From NCBI GenBank assembly GCA_951406725.2, contig OX597815.1, positions 32,178,001-32,242,000 of the forward strand: a stretch of DNA of 64,000 nt, given 5' to 3'. This document shows, piece after piece, positions 26,845 to 42,853 of the stretch. The notes under the pieces were generated by a model. That model searched no databases, had not been told where the DNA came from, and worked only from the letters and a program-made list of their open reading frames with translations. The stretch is from Octopus vulgaris. Lineage: Eukaryota. A program made the position numbers and the translations under genes. The stretch's first letter is position 1, and each line of letters starts with the position of its first letter.

Positions 26845-27873
26845 TTACATAGAGAGTATTTTGCGTAGGATATGAGCAGTTCCCATGAGCACTATCTTTT
26901 GAACTTCTGCCATTTTTGGGTTTCCTGGTATCTGAGTTAGGTAGCTATCAGCCCCTTTTGCTATCATTCCCAGGGCACCTATGACAACAGGTATTGTTTT
27001 AGTCTTCAGCTTCCACATTTTGCTGATTTCTATTTCAAGATCTTTATATTTGCTCAGTTTTTGGTAGGTCTTGACAGATACGTTTATATCGATTGGGACA
27101 GTCATATCAATGAGGAGGCATGTTCTTTGTTTGAAGTTTTTCAATATGATGTCTGGCCTATTTGCATCTATCTTCCTGTCAGTTTGAATGGTGAAGTTCC
27201 AGAGGAGTGAGATGTGGTCATTTTCAAGCACTGGGGGTGGTTTGTGTTCCCACCAGTTTTTTTCATGGGGCAAATCCAGGTTTTTACAGATTACCCAGTG
27301 AATATATTGTGCAGCTCTATCGTGCCTGTTGAGATACTCTGTAGGCGCTAGAAGACTGCACTTGGAGACCACATGGTCAATGGTTTCATTTTGTTGCTTG
27401 CATACACGACACGTTGGACTGCTTCTGATCTTTAATATGTTGGCCTGGTAGTTTCTTGTTGGTAGGCATTGATCTTGAGCTGCTATGATAAACCCCTCTG
27501 TTTCAGATTTTAAGCCAGAGGCCATTAGCCATTGATGGGTCAGGGCTTTGTCGATATCTGCATTATTCGCTCTCTTTGGGTATTTGCCATAGAGAGGTTT
27601 TTCTTGCCATTTATTATTCAGAATATCTAAGGCCGCAGTTTTGGCACGGGTTTTCATGCGCCTAGCTTTTTCTGTGCTTGTTTCTTGTATATCTATCTCC
27701 GAAATTGGTTGTATTCGGAATTCACTTAGATATTCCTTTGCCTGTTTTGTGACTGAGTATGATGCTTTCTTGTTTTCATGTTTTGAGACAAGTTTTAGCA
27801 TCCAGTCCTCAGAGTTTTTCAGGTAGGTGTCTAGGCCAATTGTAGCAATCTTCATTGTTATTGCCAGTTGCAA
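26845..27873 (-). CDS. uninterrupted 342-aa C-terminus of a 5'-truncated R4/Dong-like LINE (CCHC + PD-(D/E)xK endonuclease)
   Basis: CRVCKQQNETIDHVVSKC, YLNRHD, NRPDIIL...LIDMTVP, KLSKYKDL; 3' UTR runs down to about 26553. Confidence 0.92.
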   Translation of the reverse strand: MQLAITMKIATIGLDTYLKNSEDWMLKLVSKHENKKASYSVTKQAKEYLSEFRIQPISEIDIQETSTEKARRMKTRAKTAALDILNNKWQEKPLYGKYPKRANNADIDKALTHQWLMASGLKSETEGFIIAAQDQCLPTRNYQANILKIRSSPTCRVCKQQNETIDHVVSKCSLLAPTEYLNRHDRAAQYIHWVICKNLDLPHEKNWWEHKPPPVLENDHISLLWNFTIQTDRKIDANRPDIILKNFKQRTCLLIDMTVPIDINVSVKTYQKLSKYKDLEIEISKMWKLKTKTIPVVIGALGMIAKGADSYLTQIPGNPKMAEVQKIVLMGTAHILRKILSM

Positions 27874-27924
27874 AAGACCACGGCCTCCCTCTTTTCTTGG
27901 CAGATAACAATAACAATAACAATA

Positions 27925-27977
<53 letters not shown>

Positions 27978-27987
27978 TAACAATAAC

Positions 27988-28040
<53 letters not shown>

Positions 28041-28120
28041 GTGGGGAGCATCATAGCCGTGTGTTGAAAGGAATTCACCTTTGGAAAAATGGGTGGTTCA
28101 TTCAACATCCTTAAACAATC

Positions 28121-28295
<175 letters not shown>

Positions 28296-28371
28296 TATGA
28301 GTTTCTTTGCCCTAGGAGTCGGGAAGACACTCGGCAAGAAATGGAAGCAAATTTGAAAGAAGAAAGAAAAA

Positions 28372-30239
<1,868 letters not shown>

Positions 30240-30334
30240 TGATGATGATGATGATGATAGGAAATATAATTCTAAAACTTACAGGGAAAAATTCAATTTA
30301 ATTTTAAATCAAATTTCACAATATATAATATATG

Positions 30335-30589
30335 TATATAATTTAGAGAAAAAAATTCTATTAATCAATTCAATAAATAATATTCACACCATATAGAAAA
30401 CATATGCTATAAAAAAAGCCTTATTCTAAAAATCAATAAAGTACAATAGATAATATTTACTATTTACTATTTATTGCATTTTATTGATTTTTAGAATAAG
30501 GTTTTTTTTTGTTTAATTATAGTATATGTTTTCTATATGGTGTGAATAACATCTTTCTTTATTGAATTGTTTAATAGAGGTTTTTCTCT

Positions 30590-30599
<10 letters not shown>
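30335..30599. repeat. ~115-125-bp imperfect inverted repeat flanked by TA tracts
   Basis: 30335-30448 versus 30472-30599. Confidence 0.8.
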
Positions 30600-30640
<41 letters not shown>

Positions 30641-30892
30641 CTTTACTTTATATATATATATATGCATGGCATGTATATATGTGATATGTGTGTTTATCGT
30701 TGATATTGGCAGCTATTCCTTGCGTCCGAGAACTTCAATTTCCTCTTCTTTGAGTTGGATTTTTTTTTCTATGCTTATAGATCTTATTACATAGAAGCTC
30801 AACCCTTGCTTGAAACACGTGGAAAGGAAAAGGATAATGAAAAGTCGGTAGAGAACATAATTGTTTCTGTTGTTGATAGTTATAATCATTTC

Positions 30893-31070
30893 TGATGTAG
30901 GCACAAGACCTAGAGAGGCGATTGGTCGATTACCTCGGTTCCAGTACTTGACTGGTACTTGTTTTATCGATCCTGATTGGACGAGGGTTAAAGTTGACCT
31001 CGGCAGAACTTGAACTCAGAACGAAAAGCCAGACGAAATACTGCTAAGCGTTTTATCCGGGTGCAAACGC
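30893..31070 (-). mobile_element. SINE family A, diverged
   Basis: gacctcggcagaacttgaactcagaacg on the plus strand. Confidence 0.65.
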
Positions 31071-31084
31071 ATCCTACTGCTACA

Positions 31085-31496
31085 CATATGGCCTTCCAGC
31101 AGCAAACCTCTCCAGTCAGGGATTGACCAGCAGCTTAACGTAGCCGTCTGAATTGATCCTAAAGTTTTGTTCAAAGATGACGTCACCCTCACTGGAGACA
31201 CACCAGAAGACCATCGTAGTCTGGGGTAACTTGATTTTCATAGTGTCCATGTCACGTCTTATAGCCTTTACAGTGTTCACAGAGCATTGAACTGTAGTCA
31301 TGCTATCGGCATTTTTATACAGGTAACCGTTTTCCAATATTCAGATGGATCCCAGTCCACCATGTCAGCTAACTTTTTTCTCAACTACAACTTCAAACTT
31401 CATGCTTTCCACCACCGTTGAATGTTCACCAATACTTCAAGCTGTTCCTAAAAAAAGGAGACACAAAAAATCGCCAGATTTAATCCAACTACCCTG
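31085..31496 (-). mobile_element. Tc1/mariner (maT-like) internally deleted remnant
   Basis: MKIKLPQTTMVFWCVSSEGDV...EQNFRINSDGYVKLL; end reads cagggtag on the minus strand. Confidence 0.7.
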
Positions 31497-31578
31497 AGTG
31501 TGTGTGTGGTATATGTGTGTCTATATATATAAAGGATACTTTAATAAAGGATACTTTAATAAAACGAACACAAACCTG

Positions 31579-31645
<67 letters not shown>

Positions 31646-31738
31646 TATATCAGGTGTGTGTTCGTTTTATTAAAGTATCCTTTATTTGTACCAGATAGAT
31701 AATTCACTCTCTGCCACTCCCTCACTCTTTTACTATAA

Positions 31739-31769
<31 letters not shown>

Positions 31770-31814
31770 TGTAAGTATATATGTACATGTGTGTGTTTGT
31801 TCGCTAATCCCATC

Positions 31815-32460
31815 ACTAGAACACCGAGATATAACGGGAACAATTCAAAGTGACCAGAAGGGGAGTGGTTGCAATCCATTTAAACCATTCTCGATGATGA
31901 CACAGAGGGAGTGCACAGCCGCCGCTAGTAGCTATGCTAAAACGAGAGGAGCAGAAGAATGGGGGACTGCATTTGATTTCGATGTCCTCAACAAGGTGAG
32001 ATAACCAAATGGGAAAATAATTGTCTTTTTTTTAACGTAAGGTTGGTCGGTATGAGATCTGGAGGTGGAGCACATCGCGGTTGGATTTCCTTCTTCAATC
32101 GACCTATGATGTACTATCATCCGCATACAATCTGATGAGATGCAAAATAGCGAATGGCGACAAATGTAAATGCGGAGAAGTTGGCATGCTAAAGTATATT
32201 CTATCTAATTGCTCAATGGCAATGGAAAGGTATACAGGGATGCACAATTAGGTCCTCAAAATTCTCTAAAATGCGACCAGGAAGCAGATGAAACCAATCA
32301 ATGGTGACAAGAAACCACAAAAGGGTGACAGAAAATGGTTTATCCCGTTTGTCCATCAGGGTTAAGGTGGCTACCCAAAACAGAAGAAAACTGTGATTGG
32401 CGAGAACTGAATTGGAGTATAGGAGGTAGCAGATCTTGTAGGTTACGAACGCTCTTTCCA
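31815..32460 (+). pseudogene. HERO/R2-group RLE LINE fragment
   Basis: FLLQSTYDVLSSAYNL...CKCGEVGMLKYILSNC...RYTGMHN*VL matches YDVLPSPxNL...CxC...HIL.C...RYTWRHNxVL. Confidence 0.75.
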
Positions 32461-32469
32461 ATGTATATG

Positions 32470-32571
<102 letters not shown>

Positions 32572-32669
32572 GTTAATCCAAACAAGAAAGCACAAAAAAA
32601 TACAACAATGCGAGGACGTGGAACAAATATAGTATTATTGGACGCTCAGGAAGGAAGGAAAGAAGGAGG

Positions 32670-32704
32670 GTTTAACGTTTCGAGCGGAGCTCGTCGTCGG
32701 AAAC
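32670..32704 (-). ncRNA. minimal hammerhead motif (CCGACGA variant) in a PLE-LTR-like repeat (32570-32776)
   Basis: Minus strand: gttt-CCGACGA-c-gagc(tcc)gctc-GAAACGTT-aaac. Confidence 0.55.
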
Positions 32705-34040
32705 ATAGGAGGAGGAAAGATCCAGAGAAGGGAAGACAGAGGAAAAAAATCGCCAACGATACACACGCGGTCACATTATGTATGTATGTATGTATGTATG
32801 TATGTATGTATGTATGTATGTATGTATGTATGTATGTATGCACGAATACATGTATGCATTCATGTATGTAGGCACGAATACATGTATGCATTCATGTATG
32901 TGTATAAGCGTGTGTGTTTATGCATGCACACCTATATGCTTCATCTGTATGTATACACAAATGTATGTGTATATGTATATATACCCCTGGGCGCAGGCAT
33001 ATATGATGTTGCATGTGTGGATGTAATCTTCACATGCAATCTTCAAATATGGGGGTGTGTTCTGTTCTGGTTTTGTGAACTAAGGATTGTCAAGAATGGT
33101 ATTTGTTACATACCGAAAGTTCCTTGGTTACACACTCATTCTAGTAGGTTCTATCAGAAAATATATTCATCTATTCCCACGTACCTGTCTGTAGTATTCT
33201 TCACTATGATCTCGGCAAAACAGTCAGGCCTCTGTGCGCGCGCGCGCACGCGTGTGTATGTGTGCGTTCGTATGTATGCGTGTGTGAGTGCGTGCGTGCA
33301 TGCATGCATGCATGTATGTATGTATGTATGTATGTATGTATGTATGTATGTATGTATTATGTATGTATGTATGTATATATGTATGTATGTATTATATATG
33401 TATGTATGTATGTATTATGTATTATGTATGTATGTATGTATGTATGTATTATGTACGTATGTATTATGTATGTATGTATGTATGTATTATGTATGTATGT
33501 ATTATGTATGTATGTATTATGTATGTATGTATTATGTATGTATGTATTATGTATGTATGTATGTATGTATGTATGTATGTATGTATGTATGTATTATGTA
33601 TGTATGTATTATGTATGTATGTATTATGTATGTATGTATGTATGTATGTATGTATGCATGTATGTATGTATGTATGTATGTATTGACTTGCTACTATTGC
33701 TTTCGGTGGTGTCTTTAACTTTGCTGCTACCTGGGTTATCGACAAATATCAACATTTTAACAACTGACAAGGATTAAATAAGTTCTGCTGTAAAGAACGT
33801 CCGTTGATAAAAAAAAAAGAAGTAAATAAATAATAAAATATAATATGATGCTCGAACTCCGCTGTCTTGTCAGCAAAATCTTAGCAAGAGATATGTTTCT
33901 ACGCGTCTCTTGATAAATCTTGTATAAATGAAGTGTTCTTGGTTTTCTCTTTCTCTTTTTTTTTCTTTTCTTTTTTCTTGCCACATATCGATTTTGGCTT
34001 AGTTAAGTATTTGCAGTGACTATGATGAATAACATTTCAT

Positions 34041-35950
34041 GGATCATTTCAGTTGCTGTCAGAGTTTTCGATATAAATATTTTTTTTAATTTTGCTCCAT
34101 TTGTTTCAAATTTGGTGTACTGAAGCTAATTAGGTAAATAAAAATCATATTTGTCATAAATCTATAAATAGAAAGTTGATTAGCTTTTAAAGTTTGCAAA
34201 TTTTGAGTAATTTTAGCCAATCGAAAGCCGCAGGCACATTGGTGCCTGTTTCCATAGTAACAAACCAAGCTGTTGTCTAATCAAAACTACAACAACCACG
34301 TGTATTTTCTTTAACGAGTGCCTATTTACCGAACGTTTGTTCTACCTCATTTTTGCCATTTTCAGTTGTGCTTTTTGAGAAACGGATATTTTCGGTTGTC
34401 GTCTTATCACTATCTCATTTTCATAATTTTGAACTTCGAGTTTTCCTGGACCCTTTCAACATAAATAGAAGTATGACCGCGGCGAGGTGGAGGCGGTGAG
34501 CTGGCAGAAACGTTAGCACACCGGGCGAAATGCGTAGCCGTATTTCGTCTGCTGTTACGTTCTGAGTTCTAATTCCGCCGAGGTCAACTTTGCCTTTCAT
34601 CCTTTCGGGGTCGATAGATTAAAGTACCAGATACGCTCTGGGGTCGATGTAATCGACTTAATCCGTTTGTCTGTCCTTGTTTGTCCTCTCTATGTTTAGC
34701 CCCTTATGGGCAATAAAGAAATAAAAAGTATGACCGCCGCAGCTAACTCATTTAACCTTTTGAATATGATGGAGAAATTGAAAACCAAGGATGATGCAGA
34801 TTTTATCTGCAAGAGAAGGGCTTTATTCCTAAAAGAAAACAAATTATATGCAAAAGGACACTATATGAAGAAGAAGATGCTTCACGAGAAAATGTACTGG
34901 TGGTGCTCCTGAAAAAAGATGCAACGCGTTGTGTCTTTCAGAAAAGATACATGGTTAGGAGGTGGCACCCTTCCTCTTAGGACTGTATTGCTTATCCTTT
35001 ATTCATGAGTCAAGGAATTGCCTTGAAGCCGGTTTTACGTTGAAGAACTGGGGGTGAGCCATTAATTACGTAGCTGTTGTAATCAACAGCTATGCTCGTG
35101 GAATATATGCGGAGAACCTGCTCTGCAATCCGGTTCAGATAAGCTGCCCTGGGAATATTGTTGTGATAGACGAAACAGTTTTCTCAATACGTAAATACAA
35201 CCAAGGAAGAGTGCTACCTGAGCATTGGGTTTTCGGACGAGTGTGTTGCGAGACCAGACATATTTTTTTTATTATGTGGTACAAAGTTGGAATTGGGACA
35301 CTCCAGAGAAATGGGTTTATCAGTCGGTTCTTCCAGGAATCACAATTTTCAGTGGCTTGTGGAGGGCTCACTCTCACATTCCTGAAATTGATGGTTATAA
35401 TTTTCAACATAGAACAGTGAACCACAGCATTGAGTTTATCAACTCGAAAGATGGCACCCACTCGCAAACAAGCGGGAAAAAGCACATGGGCATGTGTAAA
35501 ACAAGAGGATAAACGACGCTGTTGGACCCACCATTCTATGGTTGACTCGTATCTCTGCGAGTTTATAGACGCAGGAGACAGGAAATTTGTAATTTGTTTG
35601 ACAAACATCTAGAGCGTATCCCAAACTTTCGTTTTTGAATTTTCACTACAAAAAATGTACTGTTTACATGAACTTAACTATTACTACAGTAGTATAACGT
35701 ACAGATTGCTTATTAAAAATTCCTTGTAATGTTATTATAGACAGCTAGCAAGTAGAAAATTAGTTTCCAAAACATGTTTTCTGATTGGGTAACAATTATC
35801 GATCTTTAAACCACTGTAACATTTTCCTGATTTTTGTCTGGAACAAGGGAATAACAAAATCAAATTCAGTGAGAGAAAATACATCAATGTACCAAATTTA
35901 AAAATTTTCACTTAATTTAAAAATATCAAAAAACAGTAGCAGCAAAAATC
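34041..35950 (+). mobile_element. Merlin (IS1595/ISXO2-like) DNA transposon, decayed
   Basis: IVVIDETVFSIRKYNQGRVLPEHWVFG; SVLPGITIFSGLWRAH...GYNFQHRTVNHSIEF...GTHSQ; degenerate terminal inverted repeats ggatcatttcagttgctgt / acagtagcagcaaaaatcc. Confidence 0.85.
34492..34723 (+). mobile_element. SINE family A, full length, nested in the Merlin element
   Basis: ggcggtgagctggcagaaacg head; aagtatgaccgc repeated at about 34469 and 34726 (TSD-like). Confidence 0.85.
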
Positions 35951-36142
35951 CTTTTAGTTTTCCCACAGATAGTTAACTGTCTTCCCTTGCCACATCCAGG
36001 ATTGGCCTTGAGGAGAAAAGGAAATGAAGGAGGCCCTAACGAATGATATAGCAGAGCCGAACGCACAATTTCCCGTAGTAAATGCAGCCACTTTGGTGAG
36101 GCTTATCTGATGCGTCTTGGCCTAGTCAGCCAAAACCGAAGC

Positions 36143-36236
<94 letters not shown>

Positions 36237-36238
36237 AA

Positions 36239-36637
36239 TTAGCAGTATCGCCCGGCGTTGCTCGGGTTTGTAAGAGAAATAACTATATAAGCATTTTTAG
36301 AGTTATAGCCAAAAAATAGCAAAAAAATGTGCATTAAAAATGGAAAAAAATGATGGTAAATTTTTTTTTTTAAATCGTTGACTCATCGTAGACATTTTTA
36401 GAGAGTTACTTCCCTTATATAATAGCGAAAAAATGCATTAAAATGGAAAAAAATGATGGTAAATTTTGTTTTAAATCGTAGACTCATCGTAGACGCGCGC
36501 TAATACCCAGAAGGGCTCGATATGAATCACGACTATAAGATACCCGGTTTTGGTTAAACTGCACCGCAAAATGTGGGAGTAGTTAGGGATCTAAATCGTA
36601 GGAGACAGACACACAACTTGACTTTTATATATAAAGA
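36239..36637 (-). mobile_element. non-autonomous Helitron (H2-related)
   Basis: Minus strand A|TC start, cccgagcaacgccgggcgatactgCTAA|T end. Confidence 0.75.
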
Positions 36638-37382
36638 TATATGTAAATGTATATATACATGTGTGTGTGTGAGTGTGTGTGAGTGTGCGTGTGCATTCTA
36701 TTACCGTGTTCTTATTTAACCTGATCGATAATTTGTTTCTCTCTCTCTCTCTCCATCTCTCCCTCTCTCCCGCTCTCTCTCTCCCTCTCCTTCTCTCTCT
36801 TTTTCCCCCTCCCACCATCTTTGTATTATTGACTTTGCTCTCTGAGCTGTTTTTAACATTGCTGTTACCCGGGTTATCAACTCACGTCTATATTTCAGCT
36901 ATTGACAAGGTTTTATTGTTGTTGTGAAGAACGAGCGTTGGTAAAAATGAATAATATAAATAACGAATAAATAAAATTTTTTTTAAATAATGCGATCGAA
37001 CTTTACTGTCTTGTCAGCAAAACTTTCGTAATCGATATATTCTATGCTACTCTTGCAATACATTATTTTTATTTATTTAATTTTTCTTTCATCACATGTC
37101 GAGTTCGGTTTGGCTTAAGTATCTGAAATGACTGATGGATACCATTTTAGCTCTCTAATACATAGTAAGACGGCTTATTTTAGTATACTTAGCTTATATC
37201 ATTAAGTTATTCAAGCTTGCTTTTTTGCCTTGATTTTCTTCTTTTTGTAAGCGGTTCGAAGAGTTAAGAATTTATAAACTTGTTTATATTTTGTTTTATT
37301 CGTAGTTTTCTTTGCCGTTGTCATCGTTCATCTTCGTTGCCATCGCTGCCGTTGTTGTCGTCATCGTCGTCATTGTAATAGG

Positions 37383-37716
37383 AGGAGACCCCCTTCGGTT
37401 ATGAATGACCATGGGATTGCACCTAGAAAGCTACCCTCCGAGGCACAAATCTGGACAAGGTTGTTTGTGGAAGGCTAGCAGTCGCCCATGCATACCAGCC
37501 TCCCTCTCCACACCACTGATGTTATCCAAGGGAAAGGCAAAGGGGCCGATACAGCTTGGCACCAGTGATGTCGCAACTCATTTCTACAGCTGAGTTAACA
37601 GGAGCGACGGGAAATAAGGTGTCTTGGTCAAGAACACAACACGCAGCCCGGTCCGGGAATCGAACTCACAACCACACGATCGTAAGCTCTACACTCTAAC
37701 CACTGAGCCTTGCGCC
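37383..37716 (-). mobile_element. tRNA-derived SINE family C
   Basis: Minus strand A box ggctcagtgg, B box gttcgattcc, gttgtgttcttgaccaagacac core. Confidence 0.75.
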
Positions 37717-37755
37717 TTCACATCATTGTAATAACTGGTATTTTAAAAAGAGAAA

Positions 37756-37921
37756 GGCGGCGAGCTGGCAGAGACGTTAGCACGCCGGGCGAAATGCGTA
37801 GCCGAATTTCGTCTGCCGTTACGTTCTGAGTTCAAATTCCGCCGAGGTCGACTTTGCCTTTCATCCTTTCGGGGTCGATAAATAAGTACCAGTTACGCAC
37901 TGGTGTCGATGTAATCGACTT
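37756..37921 (+). mobile_element. SINE family A
   Basis: Near-consensus; further copies at 38180-38395(-), 39390-39616(-), 40545-40702(-), 41005-41168(+), 42130-42357(+). Confidence 0.85.
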
Positions 37922-38913
37922 ACATTTCAGCTATTGACAAGGTTTTATTGTTGTTGTGAAGAACGAGCGTTGTGAGTAGTAAAGAAATAGGTATTTTAAA
38001 AAGAGAATTTAAGTGACAAGCATCAAAGAATGAAGACGTTACATCGCATACACACACGGTCATAAAAACTCACATTATCGATTATGGGGGTCCTGTATGC
38101 GATCTCTCAACCTGCTAGACTCAAAAGTAATCTTCACAGGCACGGATTATTACTTTACTAAATCCACCTCAATATATTGGTTTCAAATTTTGGCACAAGG
38201 CCAGCAATTTTGGGGGAGGTGGGTAAGTGGATTACATCGACCCTGGTGCTCAACTGGCACTTATTTTATTGACATCCAAAGGATGAAAGAGAACGACGAC
38301 CTCGGCGGAATTTGAACTCAGGACATAAAAACGAACGAAATGCCACCATTACATTTTGCCCGAAGTGTTAACGATTCTGCCACCTTACCGCCTTCGTCTT
38401 TCAATATATTAACATTACTAAAGTGGTGAACTGGCAGAATCATCAGTACGTCTTGTTTATATTTTGTTTTATTCGTAGTTTTCTTTGCCGTCTTTACATT
38501 CTGATCGTTCATCTTCGCCGATCGCTCGTTGTTGTCGTCATCGTCGTCATTGTAATAGGAGGAGACCCCCTTCGGTTATGAATGACCATGGGATTGCACC
38601 TAGAAAGCTACCCTCCGAGGCACAAATCTGGACAAGGTTGTTTGTGGAAGGCTAAAATTCGAAACCAACATATTAATATTTTGGTTAATTATTTTACCAA
38701 TTCCGGTGAGTTGGTAGGGAAAGGCTTTAACCAAACTTAAACTCTGGTCGCAAAAGGACGTCATGTAGCATTTCTGACGTCCCACTGCAATTACGAACCT
38801 ATGAAAACTCCTCTAAAGTATCATTCAGCTGCAAAAATTAGCAACCTCATGTCCCTCAGAATCACACGCTGTCGTCTTAACTTATGAATACAAATGTTGT
38901 AATCCCTGGTATG

Positions 38914-39152
38914 TGGAGGCGCGTAGCTTAGTGGTTAAGGTGTCAACATCATGATCGTAAGATTGTGGTTTCTATTCCTGGACCGGGCAACGCGTTGTGT
39001 TCTTGAGCAAAACACTTCATTTCACGTTGTTCCAGTCCACTCAGCTGGCAAAAATGAGTAACGCTTTCATGGACTGGCGTCCCGTCCAGCTGGGGAACAC
39101 ATACGCCATAGAAACTGGTCCCATGAGCCTGGCTAGGCTTTAAAAGGGCGTA
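38914..39152 (+). mobile_element. tRNA-derived SINE family C-related
   Basis: ggaggcgcgtagcttagtggtt head; ttgtgttcttgagcaaaacac core. Confidence 0.7.
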
Positions 39153-39720
39153 TTTATTTTTTATTAATCCCTGGTATACAATAAATGTTGGAAGGTCGTT
39201 GCTGACGAATTTAAGTGACAAGCATCAAAGAATGAAGACGTTACATCGCATACACACACGGTCATAAAAACTCACATTATCGATTATGGGGGTCCTGTAT
39301 GCGATCTCTCAACCTGCTAGACTCAATACTGTTACTATTTCTTCAGCTGTTCACTACAAAAATCTGTGATCCTCTAAATATTGTTATTGTTTTACTGCCC
39401 ACAAGGGGCTACACACAGAGGGGACAAACAAGGACAGACAAACGGATTAAATTGATTATATCGACCCCAGTGCGTAACTGGTACTTAATTTATCGACCCC
39501 GAAAGGATGAAAGAGAACGACGACCTCGGCGGAATTTGAACTCAGGACATAAAAACGAACGAAATGCCACCATGCATTTTGCCCGAAGTGTTAACGATTC
39601 TGCCACCTTACCGCCTTAGATATTCTCTAAATATCCTCTAGATATTCTGGCAAGTCAATACACTCCGTAAATCCATTTAATACACACACATGCATACATA
39701 TATCTGTGTGAGTGTGTATG

Positions 39721-39766
<46 letters not shown>

Positions 39767-41399
39767 TGAGTTCGTGTGTATGTGTTTCTTATCTCTTACT
39801 TGCTTCAGTCATTGGACTGCGGCCATACTGAGGCACCGCTTTGAAAGGTTTAGTCGAACAAATCGACCACAGTGTTATTTTTCTAAGCCTGGTACTTCTA
39901 TCGGTCTCTTTTACTGAACCTCTAAGTTCATTCAGCTGCAAAAATTAGCAACCGGTTATCAAGATGTCCCTCAGAATCACAAACGTCTTAACTTATGAAT
40001 ACAAATAAACTAATGGAGGCCGGTAGTCCAGGTTAAGGTGTCAACATGGCATGATCGTAAGAATATCTTGGTTTTAAAATTCAAGTACTACAATACGGAC
40101 GCGTTGTGTTCTGAGCAAGAACAAGGATATTCAAACGTTGTTCCAGTCCACTCAGGGCAAAATGAGTAACGCTTCATGGACTGGCGTCCGTCCAGCTGGG
40201 GAACACAATACGCCAAATTAGAAACTGGTTAGCATGAGCCTCTGAGTCGGAGGGCTTTAAAAGGGCGTATTTATTTTTTATTAATCCCTGGTATACAATA
40301 AATGTTGGAAGGTCGTTGCTGACGGTTTTATGACGACAGATCTGCTTGAGCAGCTCTAATCTGAGACTGAACAACAACAGCTGCACGTTAAACAAACTCT
40401 TACTCATCAACAGTTTACAACCACAAAGTTGTCAATACTGCTCTTTTAGTGAAACTTAAAGCCAAGTAATGCGTAATCAATATTTTTTTTATTTCGCACT
40501 TGTAAATAATCCTTGTATAATACGCACAAAAATTTAGGGATTATAATGACCCCAGTGCTCAACTGTTACTTATATTATCGACCCAGAAAAGATGAAAGAA
40601 CAAAGTCGACCACGACGAAGTTTGAACTTAGAATGTAAAGCCGGAAGAAATACCACAAGACATTTCGTCCGGAGTGCTAAGGATTCTGTCTTCTCACCGC
40701 CTTCATGCCTATACGTAAGGCAAACTATGGAAAGGAAAATTCTCGTACAACTATCCTCTAGATATTCTGAATGAATAGTAGACGAATGAAATTTGTGAAA
40801 TGGTCAGGAAAAAAGGTAGTGTCTATGACCCTTTACATAACCTTTCTGACTGCAGGAAAGGAGACAGGGGAAGGTCCTGAAACCGGACACCTGGCCCAAA
40901 AGTTTGCAACAACTTGGGGTCCACTAAAAGTACCCAGGGTGTTAGGTAGTGGTGTTAAACCGGGTGATGGATGAAGTCTGCCACTATGGCGGTATTTGAA
41001 CTCAGAACTGGCAGAAACGTTAGCACGCCAGGCGAAATGCTAAGCGGTATTTCGTCTGCCGCTACGTTCTGAGTTCAAATTCCGCCGAGGTCGACTTTGC
41101 CTTTCATCCTTTCGGGGTCGATTAAATAAGTACCAGTTACGTACTGGGGTCGATGTAATCGACTTAATCCAGCACCGGTTATCAAGATGTGGGGGAGGAG
41201 AACAAACGCAAACACAAAGACACAAACAAGCAAATAAAAATAGCCGGACAAATAACATGGCTGCCAAGAATATCTTGGATTTATTTAAAATTCGAGAATT
41301 CACAATACCCTGGATTGATACTTTTTTTTACCGACCACCGAAAGGGATGAAAGAAAAAATTGCGATTCGGTAAGCATGAAACGTGACATGCGAAAGATG

Positions 41400-42819
41400 A
41401 AACAATTAGCAAATTAATTTGTTAGCTCTGAGTGATGCTAGAGTCGGAGGGATGGAAGATATTATAGTTCCAATCTCTGTCAAAAAGGTTGATTTAAGAC
41501 GTGATGAAATCGATTTTGATTCAGAATAAAAATACTTCGAGACCATTACTGGATTACCTTTTAGCTAAAGGTAGATCTCTTTTAGTGAAACTTAAAGCCA
41601 AGTAATGCGTAATCAATATTTTTTTATCATTCGACAACCGACAACATCCTTGCTAGATGTGAGAAGATATCAGAGTGCAGATATCGGAGCTGACCATCAA
41701 ACTGTAATAGGGGCAGTTCAGTTGCAGCTAAAGGCTAACGAAAACTAGAAAAGAATTATTAGGCTTTATACAGAAAAATTGAAGAAGTAGAGAATAAAAG
41801 ATGAATTTCTAACTGACTACCAAAATCGATTTGTAGTGCTTGAAGCTATTGGTGAAGAGATATACATCAATGGAATATAAAAGTTTACAAGAATGTAAGC
41901 GAAGGTATGCAGAACTGAATGAATAGTAGACGAATGAAATTTGTGAAAAAAACAGATTCCGGATAAAAAGCTACTGAGGTATGAAAGGAACAAAAACGAA
42001 TTGTTGAAAGTTAGAGAGTTTGCAACAACTTGAAGGACCACTAAAGTAGAAGTACCTAAAGGGTGTTAGGTAGTGGTGTTAAACCGGGTGATGGATGAAG
42101 TCTGCCACTATGGCGGTATTTGAACTCAGAACTGGCAGAAACGTTGTTTAATGCACGCCAGTAGCGAAATGCTAGATTTCGTCTGCCGCTACGTTCTGAG
42201 TTCAAATTCCGCCGAGGTCGACTTTATCCTTTCGGGGTATTTAAAATAATACCAGTTACGTAAAAAGCAATGGGGTTGATGTAATCGACTTAATCCGTTT
42301 GTCTGTCCTTGTTTGTCCCCTCTATGTTTAGCCCCTTGTGGGCAGTAAAGAAATAGGCATTTGAACTCAGAACGCAAAATGCCGGACAAATCCCGTAAGG
42401 CATCTGCTTCGATTTATTTACAGTTCCTAAATAGGAATTCACTACCTTGGAATTGATACACTTTTTACCGACCACCGAAAGGGTGAAAGAAAAATTGATT
42501 CGGAAGCATGAATTCGTGAATGACTAAATACTTTTACTCTAGCATATTATACAAAAGCACGTTGAATTCAGACAGCTTTCGACTATTGCTTTTGTAGACT
42601 TGCAAAAGCCTCTGTATACCCAGCAATTTCAATATAGGAGATATTCTCTTTAAGAATATTTATAGTAAACTTCAGCGTCTCCAGATGAAAAAGTGGTTAT
42701 CAGATTATGATCAACCCGTTTTTCTTTGTAACTCGTATGTATGTATGTATGTATGTATGTATGTATGTATGTATGTATGTATGTATGTATGTGTGTATGT
42801 ATATATGTATGTGTGTATG

Positions 42820-42853
<34 letters not shown>

